A stretch of DNA of 64,000 bases from Mesorhizobium sp. (GTDB lineage: Bacteria > Pseudomonadota > Alphaproteobacteria > Rhizobiales > Rhizobiaceae). This document shows positions 60,081 to 64,000 of this stretch, piece by piece. The position numbers were made by a program, and so were the translations under genes. The notes below the pieces were generated by a model. The model searched no databases, was not told where the DNA came from, and saw only the letters and a program-made list of their open reading frames with translations. The stretch lies in assembly GCF_024509055.1 (NCBI RefSeq), contig NZ_JANINM010000385.1, positions 67,952 to 131,951 on the forward strand. Direction: 5' to 3'. Positions within the stretch are counted from its first letter, which is position 1; each line of letters opens with the position of its first letter.

Positions 60081-61520
60081 TCAGTCGCGCTGCACCTGCA
60101 CGATGCGCCCCGGCGCGCCGTTCACCACCTCCGCAACCGCCAGAAAGCGCCGGGGTGTCGCGGTCCTGCCCTGAACGATCTGGCGGATCGGACCCGATGC
60201 GTTGACGATCGCCGCACCTGCCGGGTTGCTCATGAAGTTCGCAAGCGGCTCTACAGCGCCGCTGCCGTCCGCATTGGCGGTCAGTACGAGCATGTAAGGC
60301 TTCTTGGGCTGCAAACCGGTAACGGCACTCTGCACGACCTGAATGATGCCCTGGTCGAAGAGGGTGATGCTGCTTGCCGTACCTTTGCCGCCAATCGGCC
60401 CCATGGTCAGATGCAGCGCCTTGCCCGCTGTGCCGAGCGGCTGGAGATTGTCGGTGCCGGGGCCTGTCGGAACTGCGTTCGACACATAGGCGATCGCCTG
60501 CGGTGCCTGTCCGACCGGCACGGTAGCGACGACCGTGTTGCCGGCAGTGTCGATCGCGGCCAGCTCATCGGAATTCTCTAGCCCGACATAAACGCGCCGG
60601 CCGTCGCCCGATGGCCAAACACCGTGCGGCATCTTGCCGACCGGAATTGTTGCCACCGGCGTGAAGTCGGACGTGCGGAACACCTTGACCACATTCTCTC
60701 CGCCGACCGTCACATACGCGAACTGCCCCTTGGCCGTGCGGGCGAAATTGACATGGTTCGTGATAGGCCCGGTATCCAGCACCTTCAGGATCGCGAAGGG
60801 TGGCCGAGCATCGAATGCGACCGTCTTGCCGATGTCCTTCAGCGTAAACCACACTTGCTTGCCGTCCGGCGTCGCGGCGATGTTGGGGCAGAAGGGGCTT
60901 GGCTGCGCCACCTGTCCGACCTGCGCGTGGGTCGCGACATCGAACACAGCCAATACCGGATTGAACGAAGAGCAGACATAGCCGTACCGGCCATCGGGAG
61001 AGAAGATCGTCATGCCCGGACCACCGGGCGTCTTGATGCGCCCCGTCTCCTTGTACGTCGTGGGGTCGAGCACGGCGATATAATCCTCGCCGCGGACCGT
61101 GACCCACACCTCCTTGCCGTCCGGCGTGAAGAACGCCTCGTGCGGACTGCGCCCGACATAGGTCGTGTGCTTGACGGTGTTGGTGGCGGTGTCGATCCAC
61201 GACACGGCGTTCGATCCGATCGACACGACCGCCAAGGTCTTCCCGTCCGGCGAGAAGCCCAGGCCGTGAACCAGCACCTGTCCCTTGTAGAGCGGGGAGA
61301 AGTTCATCGGCTGGGGATCGCCGAGTTTGATGACGCCGAGCAGCCGGTTGTCGGCCGGGTCGGTCACCGACACCGTGTTGGAGAATTGTTCAGACGCATA
61401 GACGCGGTCGCGGTGGCTGACGGGCATGTCCTTAGCGTTCCACGGCGCCTGCTGGGCCATGGCGAGGCCCGGTGCGGCGCTCATCAGCAAGGCGGCCGAG
61501 CGCAGGATGGTCCGGATCAT
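60081..61520 (-). CDS. Secreted YncE/YVTN-type beta-propeller protein
   Basis: Signal peptide; repeats SNTVSV.D, FSPDG, VATIPVG..PHG. Confidence 0.88.
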   Translation of the reverse strand: MIRTILRSAALLMSAAPGLAMAQQAPWNAKDMPVSHRDRVYASEQFSNTVSVTDPADNRLLGVIKLGDPQPMNFSPLYKGQVLVHGLGFSPDGKTLAVVSIGSNAVSWIDTATNTVKHTTYVGRSPHEAFFTPDGKEVWVTVRGEDYIAVLDPTTYKETGRIKTPGGPGMTIFSPDGRYGYVCSSFNPVLAVFDVATHAQVGQVAQPSPFCPNIAATPDGKQVWFTLKDIGKTVAFDARPPFAILKVLDTGPITNHVNFARTAKGQFAYVTVGGENVVKVFRTSDFTPVATIPVGKMPHGVWPSGDGRRVYVGLENSDELAAIDTAGNTVVATVPVGQAPQAIAYVSNAVPTGPGTDNLQPLGTAGKALHLTMGPIGGKGTASSITLFDQGIIQVVQSAVTGLQPKKPYMLVLTANADGSGAVEPLANFMSNPAGAAIVNASGPIRQIVQGRTATPRRFLAVAEVVNGAPGRIVQVQRD

Positions 61521-61521
61521 G

Positions 61522-61905
61522 TCAGTGCTCCATAGGGCTATGGTGGTCGCCGCCCTGCGTCGGGGCTGGCGTCGAAGGCGGTAGCGGCTGGCCGATCGCC
61601 AGCTTCATGGCGGCGATCTCCTGCTGCTGATCGATGATGATTTCCTGCGCGATGCGCTTGAGCTGCTCGTTATGGCCGTAGCGCAGCTCCGCCACCGCCA
61701 TATCGATGGCACCCTGATGATGCGGAAGCATCATCGCCACGAAGTCGCGGTCGACGTCACCGGACGGCTTGACCATCATGCCCGCCATCATCCGGTCCAT
61801 CGCGACAGACATCATGGTAGCGTAGCCATCGGCGGGGGCGGCCGCGACTGCGCCGGTAAGTAGGGCCGAAGCCGTCAGACCCAGCATCCAATCTCGTCTA
61901 CGCAT
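61522..61905 (-). CDS. DUF305 (CopM-like) Met/His-rich exported protein
   Basis: DRDFVAMMLPHHQGAIDMA..IAQEII..QQQEI..M; GGAGG RBS; RR-containing leader. Confidence 0.88.
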   Translation of the reverse strand: MRRRDWMLGLTASALLTGAVAAAPADGYATMMSVAMDRMMAGMMVKPSGDVDRDFVAMMLPHHQGAIDMAVAELRYGHNEQLKRIAQEIIIDQQQEIAAMKLAIGQPLPPSTPAPTQGGDHHSPMEH

Positions 61906-61935
61906 AAGCCTCCAGCGCATCGGTCTCGAAAGCGT

Positions 61936-61961
61936 AGACGATGCTCGTCGGGGTTTATTCC
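61936..61961 (-). promoter_or_regulatory. ECF-type promoter GGAAT-N17-GTCT
   Basis: Minus strand GGAATAAACCCCGACGAGCATCGTCT, 30 bp upstream of the first gene of the sigma operon. Confidence 0.65.
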
Positions 61962-62059
61962 GTGGCCAAAGCCATTTTATCGGTCCTCACCAAAACGATA
62001 GTCTCATGCTTCTGCGGTTGGTTGACCGGGTCGCGGTCGGACAGCATATGCGCAGGCAC

Positions 62060-62122
62060 GGCGATGGATTTCCGCCGGGCCATTCGGTCGAACCGCCCTC
62101 GCAAGGGCCGATGATTCCTACC
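62060..62122 (+). ncRNA. Fluoride riboswitch (crcB motif)
   Basis: GGCGATGGA..TCCGCC ... AACCGCCC-TCGCAA-GGGC-CGATGA.TCCTAC, directly upstream of a CLC-F gene. Confidence 0.88.
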
Positions 62123-62150
62123 AGGCGCCGCAAGGCAGCAAGGAGGAATC

Positions 62151-63509
62151 GTGCGCGCGACATTTCGCAATCTCTATGACCAGTTCAACATGGCAGCGTT
62201 CATTCGCGATCGCCGCACCCATGCCACGTCGGTACTGCGGTGGGCTTTGATCCTGGTCCCGATGGCCGCAGCGGTGGGAACGCTCTGCGCGGCCTTCCTG
62301 CGGAGCCTCGACGCCGTAACCCGACTTCGCTTCGCCTTTCCCTGGCTGCTCTACCTGCTGCCGATCGGCGGGTTCGTGGTCGGACTGCTCTACCATCTGA
62401 CAGGGCGCTTGGTCGAAGGCGGCAACAACCTCATCGTCGAGCAAATCCACGAACCGGGGGGCGGCGTGCCGCTGCGCATGGCTCCGCTCATCTTCTTCGG
62501 CACGGTCGTGACACATCTGTTCCGGGGATCGGCGGGACGTGAAGGCACCGCCGTGCAGTTGGGCGGCAGTCTTGCCAGCGGGTTTGGACGCGCGCTCAGA
62601 TTGGATGCGGAAGCGACACGCACCCTCCTTATGACCGGGATCGCGGCTGGGTTCGGCGCGGTCTTCGGGACGCCGATTGCGGGCGCGGTCTTTGCACTGG
62701 AGGTGCTGGCGATCGGTCGGGTCGAGTATCGCGCGCTGGTGCCATGCCTGGTCGCGGCGCTGGTCGGTGACTGGACCTGTCTTGCCTGGGGCATTCATCA
62801 CGGCGTCTACCATGTCGATGCGCTGGTGCCGGTCGACGCGCTGCTCGTCGCCAAGGCCGGTGTCGCCGGCATTGCCTTCGGTCTGACCGGGCTGACCTTT
62901 GCCGAGGCCAATCACGCGCTGGGCGGATGGTTGAAGCGCGTGATCCCCTATGGCCCACTACGACCCGTTATCGGCGGGCTGGCCGTGATTGCGCTGGTCT
63001 GGCTGCTCGGAACCCGCGACTATCTTGGCCTGGGTACGCTCGCCGCGACACCGGACAGCCTGACCATCGCCAGCTTCTTTGGTCCCGATACGCACTCGTG
63101 GAGCTGGGCGCTGAAGCTGCTCTTTACCGTCGTGACCCTGAGCGCGGGCTTCAAGGGGGGCGAGGTCACGCCGCTGTTCTTTATCGGCGCGGCGCTCGGC
63201 AATGCGCTCGCGCCGATGTTCGGAGTACCGTCGGGGCTATTCGCAGCGATCGGCTTCGTCGCGCTGTTCGCGGGCGCGGCCAACACACCGCTGGCTTGCA
63301 CGTTCATGGGGATCGAGTTGTTCGGCGCGGCCTATACGGTGCCGATCGCAGTCGCGTGCTTCGTCGCCTACCTCTGCTCAGGCCACAACGGCATCTACCT
63401 GTCGCAGCGCGTCGCTGTGCCAAAGGTACCTGCCGCACACCTCACACCCGACGCGACCCTGCGCGATGCCCGCACGCACCGCGCTTCTCGCCGGCGCACG
63501 CGCGCCTGA
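62151..63509 (+). CDS. CLC-family fluoride/H+ antiporter (CLC-F/EriC-type)
   Basis: [27 protein letters not shown] signatures; AGGAGG RBS. Confidence 0.92.
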   Translation: MRATFRNLYDQFNMAAFIRDRRTHATSVLRWALILVPMAAAVGTLCAAFLRSLDAVTRLRFAFPWLLYLLPIGGFVVGLLYHLTGRLVEGGNNLIVEQIHEPGGGVPLRMAPLIFFGTVVTHLFRGSAGREGTAVQLGGSLASGFGRALRLDAEATRTLLMTGIAAGFGAVFGTPIAGAVFALEVLAIGRVEYRALVPCLVAALVGDWTCLAWGIHHGVYHVDALVPVDALLVAKAGVAGIAFGLTGLTFAEANHALGGWLKRVIPYGPLRPVIGGLAVIALVWLLGTRDYLGLGTLAATPDSLTIASFFGPDTHSWSWALKLLFTVVTLSAGFKGGEVTPLFFIGAALGNALAPMFGVPSGLFAAIGFVALFAGAANTPLACTFMGIELFGAAYTVPIAVACFVAYLCSGHNGIYLSQRVAVPKVPAAHLTPDATLRDARTHRASRRRTRA

Positions 63510-63534
63510 TCCTGTTTCCTGTCGAAAGCCCGTC

Positions 63535-63918
63535 ATGCCCAATCGTTTCACCGTCCATCACCGCGAAGTCGGGATGCTGCGCATCTATCTGAAACCGTCC
63601 GACAAGATCGGCCCGCGTCGCTTCTGGGGGGCAAAGCCGCTCTATCGCGAGCTGATTCGCACCGCGAAGGCGGACGGCATCATCAACGCCGTCGCGCAAA
63701 ATACCCATTACGGCTTCAGCAATCACGAACCGATCCGGGAGAACGGCTCGGAAATTGCCGATCCGCATCTGACGATCTGTGTCGAACTGGTCGGCGATCG
63801 CGATCAGCTCGACCTCTTCTGTCGCCGGTATGGAGATCTGATCGGCGACAAGGTGATCGTCTACAAACGACTGGAGCATTGGACTATCACGCGCAAAACT
63901 GAGCTAACCAGAGCCTGA
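63535..63918 (+). CDS. DUF190 (PII-like) protein
   Basis: LRIYL...D, PLYRELI..AK..G, YGF, L..CVELV; typical companion of fluoride exporters. Confidence 0.8.
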   Translation: MPNRFTVHHREVGMLRIYLKPSDKIGPRRFWGAKPLYRELIRTAKADGIINAVAQNTHYGFSNHEPIRENGSEIADPHLTICVELVGDRDQLDLFCRRYGDLIGDKVIVYKRLEHWTITRKTELTRA

Positions 63919-64000
63919 TCGGCGTTCCCGTAAAGGAAGGTTGATCGAGAATGACGGTGTACCCCGTGCAGTTTGATCAGTGCTACTGCGGTAGGCTTTC

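Noticed and set aside
63921-64000. Possible IS end (GGCGTTCCCGTAAA) or new ORF at the window edge
   Set aside because: Too little sequence; no partner repeat or transposase is visible.

Overview
This window looks like part of an alphaproteobacterial (sphingomonad-like), GC-rich plasmid. From left to right it contains: (1) the 3' part of a hybrid HWE histidine kinase and a receiver protein. (2) A KfrA-like repeat protein and a resolvase-MTase-BsuBI/PstI-type restriction-modification operon. (3) A ~15.7 kb segment (7200-22906) bounded by IS1182-like inverted repeats that both sit in the middle of resolvase res-like sites. It carries a secreted erythrin, PepSY/cytochrome b, a two-component system, VIT1, a CzcA-type RND pump plus TolC, an exported KatG, a resolvase and the IS1182 transposase. 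(4) A resolvase-DDE transposase-ATPase unit. (5) A broken defence island (HNH, AbiGi-like, a 5'-truncated Argonaute PIWI gene). (6) A MOBP/VirD2-like mobilisation module with a T-border-like nic site. (7) A ParA plus RHH-like pair next to 17-bp-periodic GTTCAC arrays. (8) A ~21 kb leading region (DUF3768, SRAP, SSB, MucR, SLOG/DUF2493, two PAPS-reductase-like proteins, ArdC, ParB-like) with large fold-back leaders. (9) A sulfite oxidation/export cluster with an ECF sigma operon. (10) A fluoride riboswitch-CLC-F-DUF190 module. I could not recognise a rep gene, T4SS, rRNA, tRNA or CRISPR. All product calls are from motif recognition by eye; no searches were run.
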